This document shows positions 34,002-43,851 of a stretch of DNA of 64,000 bases, piece by piece. Source of the stretch: a virus. Taxonomy: Duplodnaviria; Caudoviricetes. The notes beneath the pieces were generated by a model that saw only the letters and a list, made by a program, of their open reading frames with translations, searched no databases and was not told the origin of the DNA. A program made the position numbers and the translations under genes. Position 1 is the stretch's first letter. Each line of letters begins with the position of its first letter. The stretch lies in the IMG/VR virus record IMGVR_UViG_3300013901_000014, positions 14,875-78,874 of that record; one strand, written 5' to 3'.

Positions 34002-34860
34002 GAAGTTTATGGCTTGGCAGTGGTACACCGATGCCAACATGGTGCGTGTGTTCATTCACCTGCTCCTGAGTGCCGCCCACGAGGATGGCATGAAGCAGCG
34101 CGGCATCGAGGTTCGGCGCGGCCAGGCGGTAATCGACACCACCGATCTTGCCGAAGCTCTGATGATAGGCCGGCACGCTGTGCGCATCTGCTTGGACAAA
34201 CTCAAGGAGACCGGCGAGATAACCATCACGACTACGCGCGGCCGCATGGGTTACACGGTCGTGACGATTTGTAATTATGACAACTATCAATCTGTAAGCA
34301 AATCAAACTCGGGCCAATTTAGGGCCAATTTAACGGCCAATTTAGCGGCCAATTTAACAAGTAATTCAACTTCCGATAAATCAATAGTTTACAAAGAGCA
34401 AGAAAAAGAAACGGGCCAATTTAGCGACCAATTTAAAAACCGTAACGCGGCCATTCTATATAATAATAAGGTAAAAGAAGAACAAGAATATATCGTCGTA
34501 GCAGACGCGCGCGCACGCGAGGAGGCGATTAAAAAGCTGCGCTGCGAGTTGCAGTCATCGCCGCTGAAAATCGAGGCCGCCATGCGGGCTACAAGAATTA
34601 CCGATGCCGCCCGCCTCTTCGACCTGTGCGAAGAAGTCTTCGCCGAGTGGTCGCTGCGTACCGATGGTTCTATCGATTGGCCGCACCTGCTCAACCAGGT
34701 GCGCATAAAGGCCGAGGCGCAGCGGCGCGACGCCAAGCGCCTGGCCGCAATCCCCGAATCCAAGAAAGACGTCCAGCAATGGCGCCGCGACTTCATGACC
34801 GACTACACGGCCTATATCAACAATCAACTTAACTCAAAAAAGAACAATGGAACTGAATAA
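33979..34860 (+). CDS. Phage replication initiator (lambda O-like)
   Basis: MSWIKLHRKFMAWQWY...FIHLLLSA N-terminus, VTICNYDNYQ, internal iterons. Confidence 0.85.
   Translation: MSWIKLHRKFMAWQWYTDANMVRVFIHLLLSAAHEDGMKQRGIEVRRGQAVIDTTDLAEALMIGRHAVRICLDKLKETGEITITTTRGRMGYTVVTICNYDNYQSVSKSNSGQFRANLTANLAANLTSNSTSDKSIVYKEQEKETGQFSDQFKNRNAAILYNNKVKEEQEYIVVADARAREEAIKKLRCELQSSPLKIEAAMRATRITDAARLFDLCEEVFAEWSLRTDGSIDWPHLLNQVRIKAEAQRRDAKRLAAIPESKKDVQQWRRDFMTDYTAYINNQLNSKKNNGTE
34312..34435 (+). repeat. Iteron array, putative replication origin
   Basis: GGCCAATTTA at 34312, 34323, 34335, 34347, 34414 and GACCAATTTA at 34426, in an AT-rich island. Confidence 0.8.
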
Positions 34861-35503
34861 CTCAATCACCCGCGCCCAAAGCGCACTGCCAGCAGCCGCC
34901 AGCCGCGAGCCGTGGGCGCTCGCCCTCCGTGCCTGCTATGGCGCCGACGGCCAGATGCTGCGCGCGTGGTCGCCCGACAAGCGCGACTACTGCCTGGCCA
35001 ACATCGCCGGCGCAGCCATGTCGCCATCGGTTGTGCGCATGCTCAAAAGCTACCCTGAGGCGTGGCCCGTGGCCGTGAGCAACGCCGTGGCCGCCACACT
35101 CGTAGAGACCACCGATGCCGAAGCCGCGCCCACCGCGCCCGCCGACATCACCCGCATGGTCGGCCGGCTGCTATCCGACGACCGCTTGCGCACGCTGCCC
35201 GCCGGTATGCTCTGGGCGTTCTTCGCCCGCCTTGGCGCACGCCGCTACACCATCTACGGCAAGCACGCCACCCCAGGCCGCATGCTCGACACCCTTCAGC
35301 GCGAATACCCCAACCTCCGCGCCGAGGTGCAGCGCGCGCAGGCCGAAGCCGAGAGCCGCGACAAGGCCGAGCGCGAGGCCCGCCACAGGGCCGATGCGAT
35401 GAATTGGCAGCAGTACGCCCGCAGCCGCGGCCTTGATCCCCGCAACAACCCACTCGAAAAGTTCAACCCCTCAAACGATACACGACATGGCAACAACGAC
35501 TGA
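34847..35503 (+). CDS. Replication accessory protein (helicase-loader position)
   Basis: 218 aa overlapping the initiator gene end; function by position only. Confidence 0.6.
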   Translation: MELNNSITRAQSALPAAASREPWALALRACYGADGQMLRAWSPDKRDYCLANIAGAAMSPSVVRMLKSYPEAWPVAVSNAVAATLVETTDAEAAPTAPADITRMVGRLLSDDRLRTLPAGMLWAFFARLGARRYTIYGKHATPGRMLDTLQREYPNLRAEVQRAQAEAESRDKAEREARHRADAMNWQQYARSRGLDPRNNPLEKFNPSNDTRHGNND

Positions 35504-35840
35504 CACTCCCATAATCCCCGCCCCTCATGCGGTCATTACCGAAATGCTGCTCACTATGAGCCGCAGCTACGCCAACCGCGAGCCGCTCCTTGAGAGCGAC
35601 AACGAGGCCAGCGTGTGCGGCTGGGCCGACGGCATCGAAATCGGAGGCCTGCACTACTACGCCGACATCGAGGCCACCGCCGTCATCGACGGCGAGGACG
35701 ACACCTACGACTGCCCCGGCTGGTCGGAGGCCACCGTGGAATACATCGACTACCTTGACGGCAACGTGCGCGACGATGACGATAACATCGTGGCCACTCT
35801 CGACTTCGATGTGCGGGACTTCATAGGGGAGCGTCTTTAA
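35487..35840 (+). CDS. Hypothetical acidic protein
   Basis: ATG 35487, 117 aa. Confidence 0.65.
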   Translation: MATTTDTPIIPAPHAVITEMLLTMSRSYANREPLLESDNEASVCGWADGIEIGGLHYYADIEATAVIDGEDDTYDCPGWSEATVEYIDYLDGNVRDDDDNIVATLDFDVRDFIGERL

Positions 35841-35918
35841 CGTAGAGCCACCAAAGAGCCGCGCTGACGGCATTAAATTACTCAGACGATAACTTACCCA
35901 TTTAAGAAAATTAAAGCG

Positions 35919-36500
35919 ATGAGAAAGCGAAAACGATACAACATTACCGCCGCGCAAAAACGCTGCAAGTGCCAAGCGATTGATTGGGCAAAGGTGGACG
36001 GCATAGTTGCCGCAATTAAAGAAACCGAAACAATACGCGACAATATGCTGCGCATCTACAACGACCGCAAGCTGCAAGACCAATTTGAGGACAAGATTGC
36101 TGTGCTGCGCAAGGAGCGCGATGAACTGCTGGCACAGATAGAGGCCGACCGCCAGCGCATGGCCCGCGCCCTCATCACTTCACTCGCCTGCTGCGACCTT
36201 GCGGCCACCATGGCCGAGCGGTTCAGCGACATAGTGAAGCGCGTGAGCAAGATTGACTTCGCAGGCAACGCCTACACGCAGAGCGTCAAGGAGGCCCGGA
36301 CGCACACAAACAACCTCCTGAAGAAGGTACTCGAGAGCGAGCGCCTCTGGGAGGGCCTTGTGAGTTCCATCGACGGACCCGGCGACAACACCACCTCACT
36401 GCGCTATGCCGACATCAGCGAGCGTTTTGCGCAAGCCGTTCAGCCTATCGTGGAGAAGTTCGAGCGAGAGATGGAAGATAAGTATACGGAACAATTTTAA
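35919..36500 (+). CDS. Hypothetical coiled-coil protein
   Basis: 193-aa ORF. Confidence 0.7.
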   Translation: MRKRKRYNITAAQKRCKCQAIDWAKVDGIVAAIKETETIRDNMLRIYNDRKLQDQFEDKIAVLRKERDELLAQIEADRQRMARALITSLACCDLAATMAERFSDIVKRVSKIDFAGNAYTQSVKEARTHTNNLLKKVLESERLWEGLVSSIDGPGDNTTSLRYADISERFAQAVQPIVEKFEREMEDKYTEQF

Positions 36501-36513
36501 CCCAATAAACGAT

Positions 36514-36705
36514 ATGGAATACAACGAATTATGCGACCTATGCAACAGGCTGAAGAACGACATCAAGCAGCTCAGCGATTACGTGTTCGAGCTGCGCGAG
36601 GATAACGAGAGCGACACGCTACGCTCCATCAGTGATTATGACCTGATTGCAGAACTTGAAGACCGCGGCTATGACGTGGTTAAACACAAGGAGGACGAGC
36701 AATGA
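36514..36705 (+). CDS. Hypothetical protein
   Basis: ATG 36514, ISDYDLIAELEDRGY motif, ATGA overlap with next gene. Confidence 0.65.
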   Translation: MEYNELCDLCNRLKNDIKQLSDYVFELREDNESDTLRSISDYDLIAELEDRGYDVVKHKEDEQ

Positions 36706-37124
36706 AGAGGACTAAGCGATTAATTGTTGAGAACTGCTTCTCATTTACGAGCGCCCACGGCTGGGGCAACGGCTACGTTGCCGTGCCTCCCGGGCATCCG
36801 CTGTGGGGCAAAGCGTATAACGACGACGATTATCCTGATATGGACGTACACGGCGGCGTGACCCTCACCGAGCCTGTGCTGCTTGGCGAGTGCATGGCCG
36901 CAAGCAAATGCAAGGTGCACCCCGAATATGTGGGCAAGCGGCAGCCGCTGTTTGACTTTGCCGAGTGCCTCGACGGAGATATTCCCGACAACTGGTGGCT
37001 CATCGGCTTCGACACCTGTCATGCGGATGACAGCGCGGACGTATGGCCGAAAGACAGGGTTGTCGAAGAGACAACTAAGCTGCAGGAGGAAATTGAAACG
37101 CTGGAACAACAGAGTCATGAGTAA
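36702..37124 (+). CDS. Conserved phage protein (GYVAVP...VHGGVT...IGFDTCH)
   Basis: Recognisable small-phage-protein motifs. Confidence 0.75.
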   Translation: MKRTKRLIVENCFSFTSAHGWGNGYVAVPPGHPLWGKAYNDDDYPDMDVHGGVTLTEPVLLGECMAASKCKVHPEYVGKRQPLFDFAECLDGDIPDNWWLIGFDTCHADDSADVWPKDRVVEETTKLQEEIETLEQQSHE

Positions 37125-37647
37125 TCGCATAATCATAGGCATCGACCCCGACGTGAAGGACAGCGGGGTGGCGCGCCTTGACTGCTCGACAAGGCAGGTC
37201 AGAATCGCATCGCTGCCCTTCCCGGACCTGCTCGACTACCTGCGCAGGGCGAAATTGACCGCCACGGCCGCAAATACGCCCTGTGTGGTGGTCATCGAGG
37301 CGGGGTGGATGAACAAGACGCATTGGCACATCAGCCCCCGCGACAGCCGCCAGGCAGCGGCCGCAAAGGGCAACCAGGTGGGGCGCAACCACGAGACGGG
37401 CCGGAAGATTGCCGAAATGTGCCGGCACTGGCAAATCCCCTTCGTACTGCAGCGCCCGCTCCCGCTCCGTGCCGGAGGACGCCCGCTGTGGAGCGGCAAG
37501 GACGGCAAGGCCTCGCAGGCCGACATCGAGGCGTTCATGGCTTTCACCCCGTCACGGACCAACCAGGAAGGGCGCGACGCTGCCCTGCTTGCATGGCATC
37601 ACGCAGGGCTCCCGATAGTGATAAACAGACAAAGCAAACAGAAATGA
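37117..37647 (+). CDS. RuvC-like Holliday junction resolvase
   Basis: IIGIDPD, VVIEAG, NQEGRDAALLA motifs; ATG 37117. Confidence 0.8.
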   Translation: MSNRIIIGIDPDVKDSGVARLDCSTRQVRIASLPFPDLLDYLRRAKLTATAANTPCVVVIEAGWMNKTHWHISPRDSRQAAAAKGNQVGRNHETGRKIAEMCRHWQIPFVLQRPLPLRAGGRPLWSGKDGKASQADIEAFMAFTPSRTNQEGRDAALLAWHHAGLPIVINRQSKQK

Positions 37648-38338
37648 GAGACATCACATTCAACTACGACATAACGGACCTTGTGACTCCCGAACAGCCT
37701 AAGAAACGCCGCTGGCGGCGCATCAAACAACGCCAAATTGACATCGTTGTGGCCAACGCCGACAAGGTGCCCCACAGCCGGCTTGGGGCGCTGGCGGGCA
37801 TAAGCCAATCGGGAGTTGCCCGCATTTTGAGGGATAACGGATGCCGCATATTCGATCAGGCGGCGGCCAGACAGCGCGCTGAGGAGGCCGCCCGCAACGG
37901 GTACAAGACAAAATCACTGCGCGAGATGGCCGAAGAGCCGGCGTGGGCAAGTCCACGATCAAGCGCGCTATGGCCCGCCTTGGGCTTGAGCGCCCCGAGG
38001 GGTATGCCGAGAAGGTGCGCGCACGCAACGTGGAGCGCCTGGCCGCTGGCCGCGGCAACGTGGACAGAAATCGCTTCGGTTCCCGGAGGCGGCTGCTCGT
38101 GCGCCGCGAATACGAACGCCAGGCGATGGGGATGCCGCAACGCACCGCCGTGCGGCTAAGGCCCGCCTGCCTTACCGCCCGCAGCTACAAGGCGCGGTGG
38201 TCGCTGTGCAAGCGCTACGGATACAGGATTGACCCGGAGCACCCCATCCGCCTGCTTTATTCCCCTGGTCAGCGCCGGTCCCCGCGCGAGGACCATTACA
38301 CTGCGAAATACGGCTTTGAGTTTACTGAGGTTCAATAG
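37644..38338 (+). pseudogene. Double-HTH protein split by a 1-nt deletion at ~37937
   Basis: Restoring one G joins SLREMAEE to AGVGKSTIKRAMARLG, completing an HTH. Confidence 0.7.
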
Positions 38339-38370
38339 GCTGAACAGCTGATAGAAAACTGAAATATCTA

Positions 38371-38402
38371 TTTGTGTTGCAAATATATTTTGTGTAACTT
38401 TG
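38371..38402 (+). promoter_or_regulatory. Putative late promoter
   Basis: TTTG 38371-38374, 20-nt spacer, TAACTTTG 38395-38402. Confidence 0.75.
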
Positions 38403-38511
38403 CCCAAAGGGCACGCACATTATGAGACCCTGGCGTACGCGGGCTCTTGGACATCTGCCTCCAAGGGCCCGCAAACGCTTATGATACAAACAAATCAATC
38501 CGCACACAGAT

Positions 38512-40128
38512 ATGACGACAAAACAGGTTAAATTATCCCAAGTCAAGGTCAATAAGGAGAACCCTCGCACGATCACAAAGGACAAGTTCCAGAAGCTTGT
38601 AAACTCGCTGCTGGTGTTTCCTGACATGCTCGAACTCCGTCCCGTCGTGGTTGACGCCCGCATGGTGGCGCTCGGCGGCAATATGCGCCTTAACGCCCTC
38701 AAGGAGATCTCCAAGATGGCCGGGGCCGAAATCGAGCGGCGGCTTGGGGATATGCCGGAGTACAGGGTGCTGACAGAGGCCGAGCGCCAGCGTCTCGTTG
38801 AGCGATGGACGGGCTGGCTCGGCAACCCCTCGGTACCGGTAATCGACGCCCGCGCGCTGACAGAGGCCGAGCGCCGGCAGTTCATCATCAAGGACAATGT
38901 CAGCTTTGGTGCCTGGGACTACGATGAGCTTGCGAACAACTGGGAAGACACGCAGCTTGAGCAATGGGGCATGGACGTGTGGAGCTGGAACGACAGCCCG
39001 GCAGGGGGCGAGCCCGGCAATGCGTCATCCTCTCCTTCCGATGCTCCGCTTGACGACGGGGAGGTCTACGATGTACAGGCTGAGGAGCCGAAAAAGACAG
39101 GCACCATCGAGAAGCGATTCCTAATACCCCCGTTCTCGGTGCTGAACAGCAACAGCGGGAGGTGGAAAAAGCGCAGAAACTATTGGCTTTCGCTTGGAAT
39201 AAAGAGCGAGATAGGACGGCACAAAGGACTCACATTTGCGTTGTCGGCGCAGCCTCCGGGGGCCTATGAGAAGAAGAGTAAACTCGAGGCGGAGCTTGGC
39301 CGAACCTTGGGCTGGGACGAGTTCGCCCAAATGTCCCCAGACGCCATCACTATGACTGGGACGTCAATATTCGATCCTGTAGTGTGCGAGCTGGCCTACC
39401 GATGGTTCATGCCGTCGGGCGACGGCCTTGTGATAGACCCGTTCTGCGGCGGCAGCGTGCGCGGCATAGTGGCCGCCCTCGTGGGCAAGCGGTATTGGGG
39501 TAATGACCTTCGCCAGGAGCAGGTGGACGCTAACATTGCCAATGCCGGTGAGGTTTGCCACGGCAACATGATGCCCGCATTCTCATGCGGCGATAGCTGT
39601 GACATTAAAGTCCTGTATGACAACGGAGGCAAGGCCGATCTCATCTTCTCGTGCCCGCCATACGCAGACCTTGAGCGATACAGCGATGACGCGCGCGACA
39701 TCTCAACGATGAAGTATCCCGATTTCTTGCAGAAATACAATGAGATCATCGCACAGGCCTGCTCCCTTCTCAAGGACGGCAGATTCGCGGTATGGGTCGT
39801 TGGGGAGGTGCGCGGCAAGGACGGCGAATACTATAACTTCGTTGGTGACACGATAGCGGCGTTCAAGGCCGCCGGGCTAAAATACTACAATTGCTTCGTG
39901 CTCTACAACAGCACTTGCAGTATAGCCATGCGCATAACACGGACATTTAAGACGCGTAAATGCGGCCCCTGCCATCAGTACGTTCTCGTGTTCTACAAAG
40001 GAGATCTTGCCAACATCAAGGACGAGTTCGAACCCGTCGACCTGTCATATTTGACCGAGACCGAGGGCGGTGACGATTTAAATGCTGAAGACGATGATGA
40101 AACAGACGAAACCAATGCGGATGAGTGA
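38512..40128 (+). CDS. ParB-like domain + DNA amino-methyltransferase fusion
   Basis: VKVNKENPRTI/RPVVVD/LGGNMRL N-terminus; IDPFCGG SAM motif and SCPPY catalytic motif. Confidence 0.85.
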   Translation: MTTKQVKLSQVKVNKENPRTITKDKFQKLVNSLLVFPDMLELRPVVVDARMVALGGNMRLNALKEISKMAGAEIERRLGDMPEYRVLTEAERQRLVERWTGWLGNPSVPVIDARALTEAERRQFIIKDNVSFGAWDYDELANNWEDTQLEQWGMDVWSWNDSPAGGEPGNASSSPSDAPLDDGEVYDVQAEEPKKTGTIEKRFLIPPFSVLNSNSGRWKKRRNYWLSLGIKSEIGRHKGLTFALSAQPPGAYEKKSKLEAELGRTLGWDEFAQMSPDAITMTGTSIFDPVVCELAYRWFMPSGDGLVIDPFCGGSVRGIVAALVGKRYWGNDLRQEQVDANIANAGEVCHGNMMPAFSCGDSCDIKVLYDNGGKADLIFSCPPYADLERYSDDARDISTMKYPDFLQKYNEIIAQACSLLKDGRFAVWVVGEVRGKDGEYYNFVGDTIAAFKAAGLKYYNCFVLYNSTCSIAMRITRTFKTRKCGPCHQYVLVFYKGDLANIKDEFEPVDLSYLTETEGGDDLNAEDDDETDETNADE

Positions 40129-40687
40129 TTATCGCCGCGCGCAGATCCTGCGCCTTGACATAATCAGCGAGCTCTACAAGCGCGGCTACACGTACCGAGC
40201 CATTCGCGAGGAGGTGATGGCGCGGCTCGACCTCGACGCATACTCACTGCAGACCGTACACAAGGATGTGCAGCGCCTGCTGGCCGAGTGGCGAGCAACG
40301 CGCATCGAAAACGTTGACCTGAACATGCAGCTCGAGCTGCAGCGTCTCGACGACCTCATTCGCGAGGCATGGGCGGCTTGGGACAAGAGCAAGATTGACT
40401 ACGAGCACGAGCGCACACGGCAAACGGGCGTTCCCGGGGCTGGCGGCAGCGGGCAGCAGGGCGCATCTGTTGAGACCGTCAAGATAGAGAAGACGAGGGA
40501 AAACGTTAATGCATGCGGTGACCCCCGGTTCCTTGAGATGGTTCACAAACTGCTCATCGAGCGCCGCAAGATTCTCGGCCTCTACTCGCCAGAGAAGAAG
40601 GAGGTCACGGGAGGGATAGCAATCAGCAAAGAGATAACGATGGACGAGGCGCGAGGCCTGATAGCGGACCTCGAGGCCAACACTTAA
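40115..40687 (+). CDS. Putative terminase small subunit (HTH)
   Basis: LYKRGYTYRAIREE...TVHKDVQ HTH directly upstream of terL; start uncertain (40082/40115/40121). Confidence 0.65.
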   Translation: MRMSDYRRAQILRLDIISELYKRGYTYRAIREEVMARLDLDAYSLQTVHKDVQRLLAEWRATRIENVDLNMQLELQRLDDLIREAWAAWDKSKIDYEHERTRQTGVPGAGGSGQQGASVETVKIEKTRENVNACGDPRFLEMVHKLLIERRKILGLYSPEKKEVTGGIAISKEITMDEARGLIADLEANT

Positions 40688-40702
40688 CTAACGACAACGG
40701 CG

Positions 40703-42139
40703 ATGGCGGCAACAGCGACAACGGCAATAACCCATGAGGGCGTGACGAGGGCGTGGACAATGCAGTCCATGCTCAACTTCACGCGCTATTTTTTCGCTGC
40801 GGCCAACCCCGGCAAGAGATACGTGGTAGGTGACCACCACCGCGCCATTTGCGCAAAGCTCGACGACGTGTTCCAGGGTCGATGCCGCCGCCTGATCATC
40901 AACATCGCGCCCCGATATGGCAAGACCCTCCTGGCCGTTCACAGCTTCATTGCCATGGGCCTCGCGCTCAACCCGCGGGCTCGGTTTATCCATTTGAGCT
41001 ATTCGGGCGCGCTGGCCCAGGACAACAGCATGGCCATCAAGGACATCATCAACAGCGACAAGTATCGCGCGCTCTTCGACACTCGCATCAAGTATGGCAG
41101 CGACACCAAGAGCTGGTGGGACACCGAGCAGGGCGGCGGCGTTTACGCAACCTCCACCCTTGGCCAGATTACCGGCTTCGGAGCCGGCCTTGTGCCCAAG
41201 CCTGGCGAGCCATACCGCTTCGGCGGGGCAATCGTGATAGACGACCCCATCAAGCCCGAGGATGCCCTGAGCGATGTGGTGCGCGAGCGCGTGAACCGCC
41301 GCTTCGAGACCACAATCCGAAACCGCGTGAACGACCGCAACACGCCCATCATAATCATCATGCAGCGCCTCCACGAGCACGACCTTTGCGGTTACCTCGA
41401 AGGCCTCGAGCCGGACGGATGGGAGGTCCTCTCGCTGCCATGCATCAAGGAGGATGGGCAGCCGCTATGGCCATTCAAGCACAGCCTCGAGGAGCTGCGG
41501 GGCATAGAGGCGGCGAACGCATTTGTATTTGAAACGCAGTACATGCAGAACCCGCGCCCGCTCGAGGGCCTGATGTATTCGGGCTTCAAGACATACGACA
41601 CCCTGCCCACCGAGCCAATGCGCCGCTGCAATTATACCGACACGGCCGACACGGGCGCCGACTATTTGTGCAGCATCTGCTACAGCCGCACGGCTGCGGG
41701 CGAGATATACGTGACCGACGTGCTCTATACCCAGAAGCCGATGGAGTACACCGAGCCCGAGACCGCCCGACTGCTGATGCGCAACGACACCGACCAGGCC
41801 GTGATCGAGGGCAATAACGGCGGCCGCGGCTTCGCCCGCAACGTGGAGCGGCTCGTGCGCCAGACGGGCAACACCTGGATGCGCATATCCACATTCACGC
41901 AGACGGCCAACAAGGCCGTGCGCATATTCACCCACAGCGCCGATGTCCAGAACATGGTGCGCTTCCCCGTGGGCTGGGAGACGCGCTGGCCCGCGTTCTA
42001 CAACGCCCTGACCAGTTACCGCAAGGAGGGCGGCAACGCCCACGACGACGCCCCGGACGCGCTCACGGGGGCATTCGAGCGCTCCAGCGGCCGCGCCACT
42101 CTCGACGTCGGGCGCATCGCCGCCAGGATAAACCGATAA
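40703..42139 (+). CDS. terL: Terminase large subunit, phage B
   Basis: IINIAPRYGKT Walker A, IVIDDP Walker B, YTDTADTGADY and AHDDAPDALT nuclease motifs. Confidence 0.92.
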   Translation: MAATATTAITHEGVTRAWTMQSMLNFTRYFFAAANPGKRYVVGDHHRAICAKLDDVFQGRCRRLIINIAPRYGKTLLAVHSFIAMGLALNPRARFIHLSYSGALAQDNSMAIKDIINSDKYRALFDTRIKYGSDTKSWWDTEQGGGVYATSTLGQITGFGAGLVPKPGEPYRFGGAIVIDDPIKPEDALSDVVRERVNRRFETTIRNRVNDRNTPIIIIMQRLHEHDLCGYLEGLEPDGWEVLSLPCIKEDGQPLWPFKHSLEELRGIEAANAFVFETQYMQNPRPLEGLMYSGFKTYDTLPTEPMRRCNYTDTADTGADYLCSICYSRTAAGEIYVTDVLYTQKPMEYTEPETARLLMRNDTDQAVIEGNNGGRGFARNVERLVRQTGNTWMRISTFTQTANKAVRIFTHSADVQNMVRFPVGWETRWPAFYNALTSYRKEGGNAHDDAPDALTGAFERSSGRATLDVGRIAARINR

Positions 42140-42172
42140 CACCGATTTTCACTTTTTACGCACATTAGACAC

Positions 42173-43561
42173 ATGACTGTAGATGAGATTTTGAACAGCG
42201 GCGGCACAATAGAGGAAATCATCGCCGCCTTGAAGAACAAGACGCTGGCCGTGCCCCTGTGGACGGGGCCGAAGGGACTGCAATCCGAATACGACCCGCG
42301 GCTGCACCCGGTAATGGACCGGGCCAAATACCCCGATATCGTGACCGCCGACGGCGTGACACGGGTAACGCGCATCCCGTGCGACCTCCAGCGCCTGGCC
42401 ACCAAGCGAATGACGGAGCTCGTTTGTGGCATCCCCGTGAAGCGGGTTTACAAGGCCGAGAGCGAGCGCCAGAACGAGATTGCCGGCTACATCGAGGCCG
42501 TGCTCCAGCGCAACCGCATTGACAGCGTGAATGTCGAGCGCTGCAACATGCTTTTTGCCGGCTGCGAGGTAGTAACGCTCTGGTTTGCGGCCGCCCAGCC
42601 GAACACCGATTACGGGTTTGGCAGCCCCCTGAAGCTGCGATGCCGCAATTTCAGCCCCATGCTGGGCGACAGCCTCTATCCGCTATTTGACGAGTATGGC
42701 GACATGATAGCGCTGAGCGTTGGCTACGCCCGCAAGGTAAACGGCAACCGCGTGGAGTATTTCGACTGCTACACGGCCGACCGCCACATCAAGTGGAGCG
42801 ACGCATCGGGGCAATGGGCCGAGGAGGAGCACGAGCTGACCACCGTGGGGAAGATACCCGCGGTTTACGCCTGGCGCCCCGCGCCTGTTTGGGAGCAGTC
42901 ATCGCCAATCGTCTACGAAATCGAGTGGTCGCTCAGCCGCAACGGCAACTATTTGCGCGAGAACAGCAAGCCGCTTTTTGTCGTGTTTGCAGACGAGGCC
43001 ATCGCATACGGCGACGAGAAGGACGTGGACAAGGAGTTCAGGGCTGTTATGCAATACCCCAAGGGCAGCACCGCCCAGTACATCACCTGGCAGCAGGCCG
43101 TCGACAACCTCAAATTTTACGTAAGCGAGCTGCGCTCGCAGTTTTTCACGCAGCTCCAGCTCCCCGATTGGAGCTACGAGAAGATGAGCAGCATCGCCCT
43201 GAGCGGAGAGAGCCGCAAGCAGTTGTTCATCGACGCCCAGATGAAGGTGAAGGACGAGAGCGGCCGCCTGCTGGAGTTTTTCGACCGCGAGGTTAACGTG
43301 ATAAAGGCATTTCTCAAAATCGCCCTGGGGGCCGCGTACGAGGCCGACATCGACGCCCTGCGCGTGGAGACGGTCATCACCCCGTTCACCATCACCGATG
43401 AGACGGACACCGTCAACCGCCTGACCGCGGCGACGGGCGGCAAGGCCATCATGAGTCAGCGCGAAGCCATCCAGGAGTTCGGCCACAGCAGCGACCCCGA
43501 CAAGACGCTGCAGGAGATAGCCGAGGAGGGCCGCCTCGACGCAATGGACATGGCCATGTGA
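42173..43561 (+). CDS. SPP1-like portal protein, phage B
   Basis: 462 aa after terL; LSGESRKQLF...K, IMSQREAIQ motifs. Confidence 0.85.
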   Translation: MTVDEILNSGGTIEEIIAALKNKTLAVPLWTGPKGLQSEYDPRLHPVMDRAKYPDIVTADGVTRVTRIPCDLQRLATKRMTELVCGIPVKRVYKAESERQNEIAGYIEAVLQRNRIDSVNVERCNMLFAGCEVVTLWFAAAQPNTDYGFGSPLKLRCRNFSPMLGDSLYPLFDEYGDMIALSVGYARKVNGNRVEYFDCYTADRHIKWSDASGQWAEEEHELTTVGKIPAVYAWRPAPVWEQSSPIVYEIEWSLSRNGNYLRENSKPLFVVFADEAIAYGDEKDVDKEFRAVMQYPKGSTAQYITWQQAVDNLKFYVSELRSQFFTQLQLPDWSYEKMSSIALSGESRKQLFIDAQMKVKDESGRLLEFFDREVNVIKAFLKIALGAAYEADIDALRVETVITPFTITDETDTVNRLTAATGGKAIMSQREAIQEFGHSSDPDKTLQEIAEEGRLDAMDMAM

Positions 43562-43851
43562 TGATGAGAAGGAGCACAAACAACCGCAAGCCGATAGGCG
43601 CCGTCCCCGCCCGGCAGGAGGCACCTGTCCGCCATTGCTGGGATTGCGATCTCGTGGCTGACACCTATGGCGTGAACCGGGCGGGCGCTCCGATCCTTTG
43701 CCAATGCCCGCATGGGGGCAAGCACTATCACTTTTTGTCCGATACCGCCTGTGCGCATTTTAGGGCCGCAGACGCAACCAAGCAACAGCAACAGACAGCA
43801 CATGACCGAGGAGGAAAGACGCGCGCAGCGGGCGCGCATTGCAGCGATTGA
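43558..43851 (+). CDS. Small Cys-rich protein
   Basis: CWDC...CQCP...C motif; fills gap between portal and MuF. Confidence 0.5.
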   Translation: MMMRRSTNNRKPIGAVPARQEAPVRHCWDCDLVADTYGVNRAGAPILCQCPHGGKHYHFLSDTACAHFRAADATKQQQQTAHDRGGKTRAAGAHCSD

